Assembly (NCBI GenBank): GCA_038087875.1
Contig: CM075991.1
Span: forward strand, 4,526,001-4,590,000
Direction of reading: 5' to 3'
Source of the DNA: Malacoraja senta
Taxonomy: Eukaryota
Length of the DNA: 64,000 nucleotides
Shown: positions 39,860 through 53,013 of the stretch, one piece after another
How the letters are laid out: each line of letters opens with the position of its first letter
Numbering within the stretch: the stretch's first letter is position 1
Notes under the pieces: generated by a model
The model's input: only the letters and a program-made list of their open reading frames with translations
Databases searched by the model: none
Told to the model about the DNA's origin: nothing
Translations under genes and position numbers: made by a program

Positions 39860-40352
39860 CAATAGACAATAGACAATAGGTGCAGGAGTAGGCCATTCGG
39901 CCCTTCGAGCCAGCACTGCCATTCAATGTGATCATGGCTGATCTCCCAATCAGTACCCCGTTCCTGCCTTCTCCCCATATCCCCTGACTCCGCTATCTTT
40001 AAGAGCCCTATCTAGCTCTCTCTTGAAAGTATCCCGAGAACCTGCCTCCACCGCCGAGGCAGAGAATTCCACAGACTCATCACTCTCTGTGAGAAAAAGT
40101 GTTTCCTCGTCTCCGTTCTAAATGGCTCATAGAAAATTCTTAAACCGTGGCCCCTGGTTCTGGACTCCCCCAACGGGAACATGTTTCCTGCCTCCAGCGG
40201 GTCCAAACCCTTAACAATCTTATATGTTTCAATGAGATCTCCTCTCATCCTTCGAAATTCCAGAGTGTACAAGCCCAGCTGCTCCATTCTCTCTGCATAT
40301 GACAGTCCAGCCATCCCCAGAATTAACCTTGTAAACCTACGCCGCACTCCCT
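39860..40352 (-). mobile_element. CR1 LINE 3' end (CTATTGT-tail subfamily)
   Basis: ORF 40012..40359; siblings at about 50373-50650, 54397-54610 and 57999-58210. Confidence 0.9.
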
Positions 40353-41691
40353 CGTTCATTGCTGAAGGGTCAATAGAAGCGATTGCTTATTGATCTCAAT
40401 GGTCACTTGCAGTTGAAGTTGCATCTGTGTTCTTAAGAGACAATGGTGACTGATTACTGCAGGGAGGTTACATGGAAACAGTTTTTTTGTCCCCTGCACT
40501 GTTTAAAGCCAAGACAGCTTTTTTTCCCTGCCTGTCAAATTCCAAAGTAACTTTGAACTGGTTCTCTAGTTGCTAATCAATATCGCGTTACAACCAATTT
40601 GGCTGGTGTAATGCAACTAATGTTCCATAATTCATCACATGCTTGATATCTAATCCATGTTATGGAACTGCACATTATAGCAGAACTATCTGCATGCTCT
40701 CAGCATTCAACTGAAACATGAAAAGTAAATATTAGTGGCAGCTTTTGCCCAAAATGGCAGTTTACATGAGGCTTTGTGCGAATGCATTCACGGTCAGACA
40801 CTGCGAACAACATTATTATTTTATTGGGAAGCTTTCCTTCTGTGCTTGTGGCAGGTTTTTGGTTTCAGTTCAGCACAGAAGGAGACTGTTTGATCATTGT
40901 GCCTGCACTGGGTCTGAAAAAGAAATCTCCAATTAGCAGCACCTTAGGCTCGTTCCCCAGACCCCAGCAATACTCCTCTTTCATGTAGATACTCAATTCT
41001 CTTTTGAACCGTGCAATTGAATCTGTGTTCAGAATGATTCAGACAATGCATAACAAATTGAAACAACTCTTTGCATATACCAGCTTCCTAAATTCCCCTT
41101 TTGGATAATTTGCCAGTGATTATAATTCCAGGTCCTCTGGTTACTGATATTCCTACCACGTTGGGTTCTTTCTTTCTTTCGCTAGTGTGTGCGCATTGCT
41201 TTACTTACCTTTGTGTTATCTGTAATGATTGTTAGCTGGGGCAATCTCATGTCAACCTTACTGGTTCGTGAAAGCAGGCCTCAGAAGCAATGAGAGCTGT
41301 GTGACTGAGCAGGCAGATGCTGGCTGTGGTAGCAGGTGTCTGGATGTGTGCCAAAGTATTCAGTTATGCAGTGAAATCGAGTTTATCAGCTCCTTTGGGG
41401 CGAACATTCATATCCTTCACAAATAGGTTTTGGAAAGGATATAAGGATTTTAGGGATTAATATTTTCATTCACAGTTTCAGCGGAGAATCGAACTGAACT
41501 GTTACACGTGGCAGGGGAGGGAAGGGGAAGGGAAGGGTGTTGAAATCTCCTATAAATACCACTTACACAATAATTCCATCATTGCATTATTGCAGAACAT
41601 GTGATTCAATGGGTCTGAATATCAAGGGTTGAAATGCTGTGTTTTAGGATGCACTGATGTGTGAGAAATGAACATAGCACAGGAACAGGCC

Positions 41692-41744
41692 GGGGTGGAG
41701 ATTGCAACCTTCACGTGGTCTGCCCTGTTTCGACGAATGCAATC
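41692..41744 (+). ncRNA. HDV-like (CPEB3-type) self-cleaving ribozyme fold with minimal P4
   Basis: P1 GGGGUGG/CUGCCCU with G1-U wobble; P2 GAUUGCA/UGCAAUC; P3 ACC/GGU; L3 UUCACGU; J4/2 CGAA with putative catalytic C41734. Confidence 0.85.
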
Positions 41745-41829
41745 AACCCGGCGTGCACAATCAAATAAGATCAAATAGAACAAGTTGTCCTACAACTTTA
41801 GGCTGTACACGCCATAGGCAAGAAGAAGA
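41692..41829 (+). mobile_element. Short (~135 bp) non-autonomous retroposon with 5' HDV-like ribozyme and (AAG)n tail
   Basis: TSD aacaggcc at 41684-41691 and 41830-41837; interrupts a CR1 3' fragment; homologous over its full length to 24286-24420. Confidence 0.8.
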
Positions 41830-43299
41830 AACAGGCCCTTCGACCCATCATGTCCGTGCCGACCATGATGCCAATTTAAACTAATCTCCTCAGCCTGAAC
41901 ATGATCCACAGTCCTCCATTCCCTGCATGTCCATGCCTCTCTCAAAGCCTCTGAAACAACAATCGCTTTAGAAAAAAAAAGAACAAATTCTTACTTTCTC
42001 AGAATTAACTTGGGAACATGTGAAAATTTCAAGCTGAGGTGAGCTTAATTAAATTATTCATTTATTTTATTGCTGAATTATTTTTATATACATAAATATA
42101 ATGTATGTCTACAAATTTATAATTTTATTTATTATTTATTATTATATTATTTATTATAGTATATATTATATATGTGGTGCCTGCTCCTGCACCTATTGTC
42201 TATTGACCCATCATGGACAAAGTCATGGAAAGTAGTGAGTTTAGGGAAGAGTACTGTGATATTCTGAACTAAAAATAAAGTGCTGGAGCAACTCGAATAG
42301 TGAAAGGCTTGGATAGAGTGGATGTGGAGAGGATGTTTCCACTAGTGGGAGATTCTAGGACAGAGGTCATAGCCTCACGATTAAAGAACGTTCCTTTAGG
42401 AAGGAGATGAGGAATTTCTTTAGTCAGAGAGTGGTGAATATGTGGAATTCATTGCCACAGAAGGCTGTGGAGACCACGTCAATGAATATTTGTAAGGCAG
42501 AGATGGATAGATTCTTGATTAGTACGGGCGTCAGGGGATATGAGGAGGAGACAGGAGAATGGGGTTAGGAGGGAGATAGATCAGCCATGATTGAATAGCA
42601 GAGTAGACTTGATGGACCAAATGGCCAAATTCTGCTTCTAGCATGTATGACCTTATGAACTCAGAGTGTCAGGCAGCATCTGAGAAGGAAATGGGAAGAC
42701 TGTGTTTCGGGTCGGGACTCTTCTTTAATTCTCACGATGGGTCCTGATCAAAACGTTGTCTGTCCATTTCCCACCACAGATGCTGCCTGACCGGCTGAGT
42801 TCCGGGAGCACTTTTGTTTTTTGTTCAAGATTCCAACATCTGTAGCGTGTTGTGTCTCAGTGGTATTGTGAACTATACTGTACAACTGGAACACAGTGTT
42901 CCAACTCCTAAAATCAATGGCTTGGCCAATGAAGACAAACATGCCTTCCATCTTCTTCACCGCCCCGTTTGTCTGTGTTGCTATGTGTACTCCAGGAACT
43001 CGCTGTTCAATACCACTCCCAGAGCCCTGCTATTCACTGTGTGTTCTGGCTGGATTTAATTTCCAAAATGCATTTGTCTGAGTGAACATCCATCAACCAT
43101 CCCTGTGCCCATTTTTCTCAATCGATCTCTACTTTACCTTAGACTTTACTTTAGAGATACAGCGCGGAATCAGGCCTTTTGGTGCCCAGAGTCTGCGTGG
43201 ACCAGAGATCATGCCCCCCCCCTCCCCCCCTGTGTACACGAACACTATCCTACACACTAGGGCCAATTTACAATTTTATCGAAACCAATTAACCTACAA

Positions 43300-43331
43300 G
43301 CCTGAAGAAGGGTTTCGACCCGAAACGTTGC
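43300..43331 (+). ncRNA. Minimal hammerhead motif (GUU triplet variant)
   Basis: CUGAAGAAGGGUUUCGACCCGAAACGUU. Confidence 0.65.
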
Positions 43332-45002
43332 CTATTTCCTTCGCTCCATAGATGCTGCCTCACCCGCTGAGTTTCTCCAGCATTTTGTCTACCTTCGATT
43401 TTCCAGCATCTGCAGTTCCTCTTAAACCTACAAGCCTGTACATCTTTGGAGTGCGGGAGAAAATTGTTCAGACCTAAGCTTTTCATCCTCAAACAGCATA
43501 AAGACTGGGAGTCTGAAGGGTCTCGACCCAAACGTCACCCATTCCTTCGGTCCAGAGATGCTGCCTGTCCCACTGAGTTACTCCAACATTTTGTGTCTCT
43601 CTTCAGTATAAAGATTGGTCATGCTATAATCATTAATTCCTAGGAGATAATTTCAGGAAAACATTAATTAATCCTGCCTCGGTACATACAGCCAGGCCTA
43701 ACATAGTTGTACTCCGATTGTTCAATGTTTTGCTCTATGAACTTGCCCTCGAGGCTATCTGGTTCTGCCAACTGTTTCCGCGCTGTATCAAGACTGCTTG
43801 ATGATTGAAAACACAAGGAGTTTGGAAATTTCAGCAAAACACACAAGTGCTGTAGTAACTCAGCGGGTCAGGCAGCATCTGTGAAGGAATGGACAGTTGA
43901 CATTTTGGGCCGGGACCCTTAACGTCGTCAGTCCATTCCCTTCACAGTTGCTGCCTGATCTGCTGAGTTCCTCCAGCACTTGGAGTTTTACATGGTGATT
44001 GAAGTTGCCCGTGATTATTGCAGCTCCTTTCTAACAAACACTTTAACCATATAACCATATAACCATAACAGCACGGAAACAGGCCATCTCGGCCCTTCAA
44101 GTCCGTGCCGAACATTTAATTTTTTTTTTTTAATTAAAATAAAATACTTCCCCTAGTCCCATCTACCTGCACTCAGACCATAACCCTCCATTCCTTTTCC
44201 CGTCCATATACCCATCCAATCTATTTTTAAAGGATAACATCGAACCTGCCTCACCACTTCCACTGGAAGCTCATTCCACACAGCTACCACTCTCTGAGTA
44301 AAGAAGTTCCCCTATTTCTTTAAACGCAGGGGCTTACATATTACTCTGACATACTCTGGTGGCGCAGTTGCCGGTAGAGTTGCTGCCTTACAGCGCCAGA
44401 GACCTGGTTTGATCCTGACTACGTGTTCTTGTCTGTACGGAGTTTGTACGTTCTTCCCATGACCACGTAAGTTTGTCGGCTAATTTAGCTTGTAAATTAT
44501 AGATTGTCCTAGTGTGTAGGATAGTGTTAGTATGTGGGGATCGCTGGTCGGCACGGACTCGGTGGGCCGGGGGCCTGTTTCCGCGCTGGATCTCAACTAA
44601 ACTAAACTAGACATTAACATTATACCCTTTCTATTCCTTGAAGAAGAGATAAAGTACAAATAGTGACTTTGGCTTGTGGGGCAAATGGACTGAATTCCCC
44701 TCGTCTTAATAAAAAAATGTCTTCTACGCTTGCCAGGGACGTTGAAGGAATCTTATTATAAAGTCTCATCTAAAGTCACGTCTTTGGGATGTTGGAGGCA
44801 ACTGGAGCACCCGGAGGAAACCCACGCAGTCACAGTGAGAAAGTGCAAACTCCACACAGATAGCATGGGTCTCTGGCACTGTGAGGCAGCAGCTCTACCA
44901 GCTGCACCACTGTGCCGCCCACATTTCCGGCCCATGTAAGTTTATGACTACATATCTGCTGTTCCAATGCAAGGTGAAGGGTGCAGAGAACAAGACATTT
45001 AC

Positions 45003-45153
45003 CCGTTAATGCTACCAGATGAGGTAGACAGAGGCGGTTTGCCAACACAATGAGCTCCATGGCATCCAGGTCCGGGCTAGAGCAGAACTGTCCCGTGTAC
45101 AGATATTCCAAAACTGCCCGCATACAACTCTTGCTTGTGTTTGGGAAGTACAC
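45003..45153 (-). CDS. RHOBTB2: RHOBTB2 exon (BTB2): [50 protein letters not shown]
   Basis: ORF 44830..45153; 151 bp, AG/GT, phase 0-1. Confidence 0.95.
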
Positions 45154-48100
45154 CTGTCAGAGTGTAAAACAAACACACTTCAGTATCATTCTTGTACTCC
45201 ATCTACAATAAACACCAGTACCTCAATAATCTCAGGCTCCACAGCAGATCTGATTTACCTCGTGTCATATTCAAATTCGTAAATTCCACTAGTCGTAGAG
45301 TCACAGAGTATAACATACAGCATGGCAACAGGCCCTTCGGCCCACAAAGGCTGCAATGGTTTAACACTCTAACCCTACAATACAATAGTGATTACATTTC
45401 AATTGGTTGTTAATCTGGGCGGCACGGTGGTGCAGCGGGTAGAGCTGCTGCCCTCATAAGTTAAGAGACCCGGGTTCGATCCCGACCTCGGTTACTGCCT
45501 GCACGGAGTTTGTACGCTCTCCCTGTGACCTCGTGGGTTACCTACGGCTGCTCTGGTTTCCTCCCACATCCCAAAGACGTGTGGGTTTGTAACTTAATTG
45601 ATCTCTGTAAATTGCCCTTCATGTGTTGGGAGAGGGAAAGTGGGATAACATAGGATAATATGGACAGGTGATTAATGGTTGGTGTGGACTTGGTGGGCTG
45701 AAGGGCCCATTTCCGTGCTGTATTAATAACCTAAACCAAACTTCAGGCAACCTGAGGTCATGAAAGAGAGGGCATAAGTGCCCTGATGACCAAGTAAAGC
45801 CCATGGTGACTAGTTTTCACAAATGCCACCATCGATCACCCTTTCACACTAATTCTACGTTATCCCACTTTCGCATCCCCCCACACTAATAACAATTTAC
45901 AGAGGCCCATTAATCTACAAACCCATACGTCTTTGGAATGTGGGTGGAAACCGGACCAACTGCATGTGGTCACAGGGAGAAGAACATGCAAACTCCACAC
46001 AGATAGCATCCGAGGTTGGGATCGAACCTGGGTCTCTGGTGCGGTGAGGCATCAGCTCTACCAGCTTCACCACTATGGTTGAAACCCTTCCCATGGGAGC
46101 TGGTCTGGAATGTTAGCTGTTTGTCTCGCTCCACAGATGATGCCTGCAACAGCCATGCCTAGATGCCTGCGCAATGGTCTTTGAATGAGAAGATTACGGG
46201 TTCTAGGTTCACTCAAACGGCCTCCGCAGGGAGTGCTGTGGCTGCCCACGTTTGCTGTGTTGTGTTTGCAGATTTTCCAACATCTGTTTTCCTTCTGTGT
46301 TATCTAATAATAAGGAGGCCAAACACTTCAACTGATGAAGGAGGACTATGAGGGTGACATGCCAAGCGATTACCGCTGGCTCAGTCAGGCAGGAGCCTTA
46401 TGATAAATCAATGTGTCCAAGCAGAGCTGACAAGCTTGCTAATGACTGCCTGGTGCAGCAGATTTTGAAAAGCCATTGCCTCCCACACTTGCTGAAGCGA
46501 CACAGTCAGTGTATAAAATTAGAATTAATACATAATGCGGGAATTTAGGAAAACAAATTGTAATGTTGCCGAATTGCATGAATTTTAAAGTGTTGCCGTC
46601 ATGTTCCAGTGTTACCCAAAGTCCACAGCCAACAAATCTCGCCCAGCTCAACATTGGACATATAAATACCTGTTGCATTATAGTTGCTACTGGGATTGTC
46701 TGTCTACATTGGACACTGTCACTTTTTAGGTAAAACACAGACACAAATAAAGGCCTTTGATCGCTGAAAGTGCCTTCCTCATTCTGGAACACCAGCTTCC
46801 TTGCTACGTGGATGCCATCAATCTGGCAGCAAGTGTATTTTCTGTTGAAGTTATGATTACATCAGCATTGAAACGTAACCAGGTGATAATAGGCAGAGAG
46901 TGAGCTACAGGGAGAGTTGGGGCTGGCATGGACTTTATTCCTCACAGCGCAGGATGATGAGGGGTGATCTCACAAAGGTGTAAGAAATCATGAGGGGAAT
47001 AGATCAGGTGAATGCACAGTGTCTTTTGCCCAAAGGGAATCAAGAACCAGAAGACATAGCTTTAAGGTGTGAGGGGAAAGATTTAATAGGAACCCGACGG
47101 GCAGCTTTGTCACACAGGTGGTGATAGGTATATGGCACGACCAGGGGCCACAGTCTTAGAATAAAGGGGAGGCCATTTAAGACTGAGGTGAGAAAAAACG
47201 TTTTCACCCAGAGAGTTGTGAATTTGTGGAATTCCCTGCCACAGAGGGCAGTGGAGGCAAAATCACTGGATGGATTTAAGAGAGAGTTAGATAGAGCTCT
47301 AGGGGCTAGCGGAATCAAGGGATATGGGGAGAAGGCAGGCATGGGTTATTGATTGGGGACGATCAGCCATGATCGCAATGAATGGCGGTGCTGGCTCGAA
47401 GGGCCGAACGGCCTCCTCCTGCACCTATTTTCTATGTTTCTGTGTTTCTAAGAGATAGAAAAACATAGAAAATAGGTGCAGGAGGCTATTTGGCCCTTTG
47501 AGCCAGCACCGCCATTCATTGTGATCATGGCTGATCGTCCCCATTCAAGTTCAGGCAGGTACTAAAACAAAATTTTAAAAGACATTCAGACAGGTACATG
47601 GATAGGACAGGTTTAGAGGGATATGGGCCAAACACGGGCAGGTGGGACTAGCATAGATGGGGCATCTTGGTTAGTATGGGCTTGTTTCCGTGCTGTATGA
47701 CTCTATGGCGCTCGGAGCAAACTGAGTGGGAATGGGATGGAAAATTAAATGCAGGCATTCTCAGACTGTCCGTGTACTTGCAGGCATCCCCATCGCAACT
47801 TAGCAGCAATCCTGGAAGATTATGTGTGTCCCATCTCAAGAGAACACACCTCCTGTAAGGACCATTCTTCAGCCCCATCTGATCTTCTGCCCAGCTACAC
47901 TGTAACATCCATTCAGACACAGTAATATAAGCTTTATCAGTCTGAAGAAGGGTTCTGACCTAAAACGTCACCTATTCCTTTTCTCCAGAGATGCTGCCAG
48001 ACCTGCTGAGTTACTCCAGCATTTTGTGTCTATCTTCGATATAGACCAGCATCTGTAGTTCTTTCCTACACAATATACCTTCTGCGCTGGGAGAGTCCTG

Positions 48101-51100
48101 CTTGTACAGTGGTATGTCCATTTAAAACGTGGCTGCAGATATTGCCCTAGTGAGAGTAAATGCTGGACTTGGAACAAATTGGTTGAATGGTAAAATCTGG
48201 GGACATGTTGTGGGAAATATTGGGAGCATAAAGTGGGTTTGCGTAGGATTAGTGTGAAACTGGGTGCTTAGTTGCTGATGTATTCTCAGTGGGTGAAGGG
48301 CCTGTATCTGTGCTGTTTCTCTATGAACACTATGGAGTGGTTGAAGGGTCTGAGCCTCTACTCGCTGGAGTTTAGAAGGAAGAGGTTGGACCTCATTGAA
48401 ACTTACCGAATATGAAAGGCCTGAATAGTGTGGATGGGGAGAGGATGTTTCCAGTAGAAGGTGAGTCTAGGACCTGAAGGCACAGCTTCAGAATAAAAGG
48501 ACAAACCTCTAGAATGAAGTGAGGAGGAATCTCTTTAGCCAGAAGGTGGTGAATCTGTGGAATTCATTGCCACAGACCGCCGTGGAGGCCAAATCATTGT
48601 GTATTTTTAAAACCGAGATTGATAGGTTCTTGGGAGTAAGATAGGTAAGGGGGCAAAAGGCTCTTGGGAGAATGGGATTGAGAGGGAAAAGAAAAGTCAA
48701 CCACGATCGAATGGTGGAGCAGGCTTGATGCGGTAAATTGTCTAATTCTGCTCCTATGTTGTATGATCTAATGAGTACACAACACTGAGACAAACTCAGC
48801 AGTTGTACCATCTTGCAAATGAGGATCTCTTATCGTCATGTGCGAGATAAAGATCTTCATTTGCAAATGGGGTGACCACAATACTGAAGCAAAAGATGCA
48901 AAGCAACTTCAAGGTTTGATTGTATCATCTGTTGTCTGCATGGAGTCACCGAGCTACCTGGGAACCCTGTCATGATACATCGAAAATGCCTGACAGCGAA
49001 TTTCACAAGTTCATGCGTTATCGGGACAGAATTGGCCATTTGGCCCATCAAGTTTACTCCGCCATTCAATCATGTCTGATCTATCTATCTATCTCTCCCC
49101 CTCAACCACATTCTCCTGCCTCCTCCCCATAACCCCAGACACCCCTTTCCACTAAAGTCAGTGAGATACACCAACATTTACAGAATCAACCTATTTCCTC
49201 CCCAGAGTGGAAATGTCAAAGAATTGTCAAGGGCATCGCTTTAAGGTGAGAGGTGAAAGTTTAAAGGAGACGTGCGGAGCAAGTTGATTTTTTTACACAG
49301 AGGGTGGTGGTGGTGGAGGCAGAAATGACAATGTCTTTTAAGAGGCTTTTAGGTCGGCACACAGATATGCAGGGAATGGAGGGATATGGATCTTGTGCCG
49401 ACAGAGGAGATTAGTTGATCTTGGCACCATGTTTAGCACGTACATTATGGGCCAGAGAGCCTGTACCTGTGCTGTACTTATCTATGCTCTATGGTCAGTG
49501 TCATAAATGGTCCTTCCCATCAGAACTGCCCCCTCCATCGACTCCTTTAAGTCAAGACTAAAAACTTATCTATACTCCCAAGCCTTTCTTGACGTCCTCT
49601 GAGCAAGGGCTATATGTATAAATGTATGTAGTTTGTTTGTTTATATTATTCTTATGACAAATGTAAAGCACTTTGGCCAACGGAAGTTGTTTTTTAAATG
49701 TTCTATATAAATAAATGTGACTTGACTTGATAAAGGCAAGCCTCTAAGAGAAGCATTTACACATATCCAGGGCTTATCAATAAGCAAAATAATTTTCATT
49801 TGAGGTTCTTGTTTGCAGGACTGTTTTCTTCAAAGCAAAAATCTTCTGCATATATTACATAATAGGGAATTGCTTCATCATCAGTTCTATGAATAATTCC
49901 ATTATTTAGACAGCTAATGCAATGCAGCATAAAGAAATGAAGGTCAGAGTCTGGGAGCTGCAATGACCAACATCACTCTTAATTACTACTGAACAATCAG
50001 GAACAGTGCTGCACCTTGTTCAGGCAGCACTAAATTGGATATCATCTGTACATAACAGCTCTTGATTATTGTACAACCTCGTGCCTGACTATTAAGATAA
50101 AGCAGGATCTCTGTCATTTTTTTAAACAGTGGATTGCATTGTACAACATACAGTGAGGTCAATGTAAAGATGTATCGCGCCACTGTGAAATAATAGTCGC
50201 TAATATTATCAGATAAAAGTACCTGCTTGTATTAACGCCAAAAAAACAATTGCTGTATCTCTTCCCTATATTTGGAAAAACACAATCTGCCATGGCTTAT
50301 TTTTAAATGGGTCTTGGCCAACATTTGCCAAACACAGGAGAAACAGATTATTTACCCATTGTAGGATGCAATACGCCATTTAGAACGGAGACGAGGAAAC
50401 ACTTTTTCTCACAGAGAGTGGTGAGTGTGGAATTCTCTGCCTCAGAGGGCGGTGGAGGCAGGTTCTCTGGATGCTTTCAAGAGAGAGCTAGATAGGGCTC
50501 TTAAAAATAGCGGAGTCAGGGAATATGGGGAGAAGGCAGGAACGGGGTACTGATTGGGGATGATCAGCCATGATCACATTGAATGGCGGTGCTGGCTCGA
50601 AGGGCCAAATGGCCTGCTCCTGCACCTATTGTCTATTGTCTATTGTCTATAATATGATAGAACTTTATTCATCCCAGGAGGGAAATTGGTCTGCCAACAC
50701 AGATAGACACAAAAAACTGGAGGAAGTCAGCGGGACAGGCAGCATCTCTGGAGACAAGGAATGAGTGATGTTTTAAGCCAATACCCTTCTTCAGGAAAGA
50801 TACATGGAACATGTAATTACAGTGATGAGTGGAAAATCCAGGATTGGGGATGTGCAAAGATTGGGGAGGAAGGGGGGGGGGGGTAATGGGGGTGGGCTGC
50901 GGGTGGGAGGGGGGAGAAGGGGAGTCAGTCTTCCCAATGACAGAAGGGCGAGGAGTTGTACAGTTCGATAGCCACAGGGAAGAAGGATCTCCTGTGGCGT
51001 TCTGTGCTGCATCTTGATGGAACCAGTCTGTTGCTGAAGGTGCTCCTCAGGTTGACCAGTGTGTCATGGAGGGGGTGAGCTGCTGTTTGGGGGATGTTAC

Positions 51101-52085
51101 TGGAACCACATTTTTTCCCCGTTTTTTTCCTGCTTTACAGAAGTAATGCATCAGAATTCATTAATTGGTTGTTAAGGAATTTGGAATATTCCATGCCAAT
51201 AATTTTTTTTTTTTAAATCATTCTCTTCTGAATGAGAAGGTTATGGATGACGCACTATTACAGTACAGTGGGAATAAGGGTTTAGCTTAGGGATACATCG
51301 TAATAATTATCTCTTAGAGATGATTATTAAGACAAATTATTATTTGTCTTAATAATCAGGCAACAGACCCTTTGATCGACTGAGTCCATGCCGACCATCA
51401 ATCACCCGTTCCCACTCGTTCTATGTTATCCCACTTTCTCATCCACTCCCTACACACTAGGGGCAATCTACAGAGGCCATTTAACTGACAAACCTGCATG
51501 TCTTTTGGGATGTGGGAGGAAACCCGAGTACCCAGAGGAGACCCATACATTCACAGGGAGAATGTGCAAACTCCACACAGACAGCACCCATGGACAGGAT
51601 TGAACCTGGGTCCCTGGTGCTGTGAGGCTGTGCCACTATGCCGCTCTGCAGGGGCATGCCTGTCCGTTGTATGTAAAAGACCCTTCTTACATTACTTCAC
51701 AGAAGAGCAGTAGTTTCACCAGCACGCTGTCCAGGGAGCGTTACAGAAAGAAAGATTACTTATTTATGTGTCTTTAATTTTCCTTTGTTCATTGAATGGA
51801 ATGAAACTGGGCAAATTATTCAAAGAACCATCATAGGCGTGACCACGTGAGTGACCTTCTTCTATGTGGTAATTCTTCTCTCTGATTTGAAACATTGTGG
51901 GTGTCAATAATTATACCCTGCCTGGCCTGACTCAGAATAGTCGCTCTTCAGCGATTAAGTAATTTGCCATCTGAAATGCAAATAGAAGGCTGTAGTAAAA
52001 TGAGAAAACAATCTTGAAACAGTGTTCAAACAAATTTGATCAGGATGTAAATGGATATAAAATAAACAGATTCTGGGATTCTGAT

Positions 52086-52389
52086 GGTGGCGCAGCGGTA
52101 GAGTTGCTCCCTTACAGCGCCAGAGACCTGGGTTCGATCCTGACTACGGGTGCTGTCTGTACGGAGTTTGCATGCTCTCCCTGTGACTGCGTGGGTTTCC
52201 ACCAGTTGCTCTGGTTTCCACCCCCATTCCAAAGATGTGCAGGTTTGTAGGTGAATTGGCCTCTGTAAATTGCCCCAAGAATGTAGCGTGTGAAACTGGG
52301 TTAACATAGTGTACAGGTGATCATTGGTTGGCATGGACTCGGTGGGCCCAAGTGCCTCTTTCCACACTGCAACACTAAACTAAACTAAA
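52086..52389 (+). mobile_element. tRNA-derived V-SINE (HE1-like), representative of roughly 20 copies
   Basis: A box ggtggcgcagcggtag, B box gggttcgatcc, V-domain core ctccctgtgactgcgtgggtttcc, CR1-like 3' end and (CTAAA)n tail; others near 22845-23125, 32120-32410, 33345-33610, 35876-36180, 36457-36762, 44358-44610, 45418-45740, 53685-54003. Confidence 0.85.
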
Positions 52390-52894
52390 TTGGACTCATA
52401 GGTACTTGTCAGAGTCAAGATCCCAATCCCCTTTCCAAGGGTCACCCCCTCCACTTTGAGCCAATATCTTCCTTGCAGTAGCCTTAAGTAACACTAGGGG
52501 CAGCAGAGTGATGCAGTGGTAATGTTGCTGCCTTACAGCGCCAGATACCCTGGTTTGATCCTGACCGTGGGTGCTGTCTGTACGGAGTTTGTACGTTCTC
52601 CCCATACCCATGTGGGTTTTCTCCAGCTCCGATTTTTCCCCACATTACAAAGACGTACGGGTTTGTAGATTAATTGGCTTCTGTAGGCTCAGACTCGGTG
52701 GGCTGAAGGGCCTATTTCCACATTCCAAAGACGTGCAGGATTGTAGGTTAATTGGTTTTGGTAAAATTGTAAATTGTCCCGAGTGTGAAGAATAGTGCTA
52801 GTGTTTGGGGTGATCGCTGGTCGGAGCCGACTTGGTGGGCCAAAGGGCATGTTTCCGTGCTGTATCTCTGAAATCTAAAGTCTAAAGTCCTTAC

Positions 52895-53013
52895 CTCTTT
52901 GGTCGAACTCTCCACAAAAGGCCCTCCAAACATTGCAGCCATCCAGTCACAGCTGGAGATCAGCAAGGGTTTATTGGCACAGATTGTTCCATCGTCCAAC
53001 TTAATCACCACAT
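52895..53013 (-). CDS. RHOBTB2: RHOBTB2 exon (BTB2 start): [40 protein letters not shown]
   Basis: ORF 52748..53053; 119 bp, gtgacag acceptor, gtaagg donor, phase 1-0. Confidence 0.95.

Noticed and set aside
52086..52160. tRNA-like A/B box sequences in many copies
   Set aside because: Heads of V-SINEs; no complete cloverleaf acceptor stem, and each continues into SINE body
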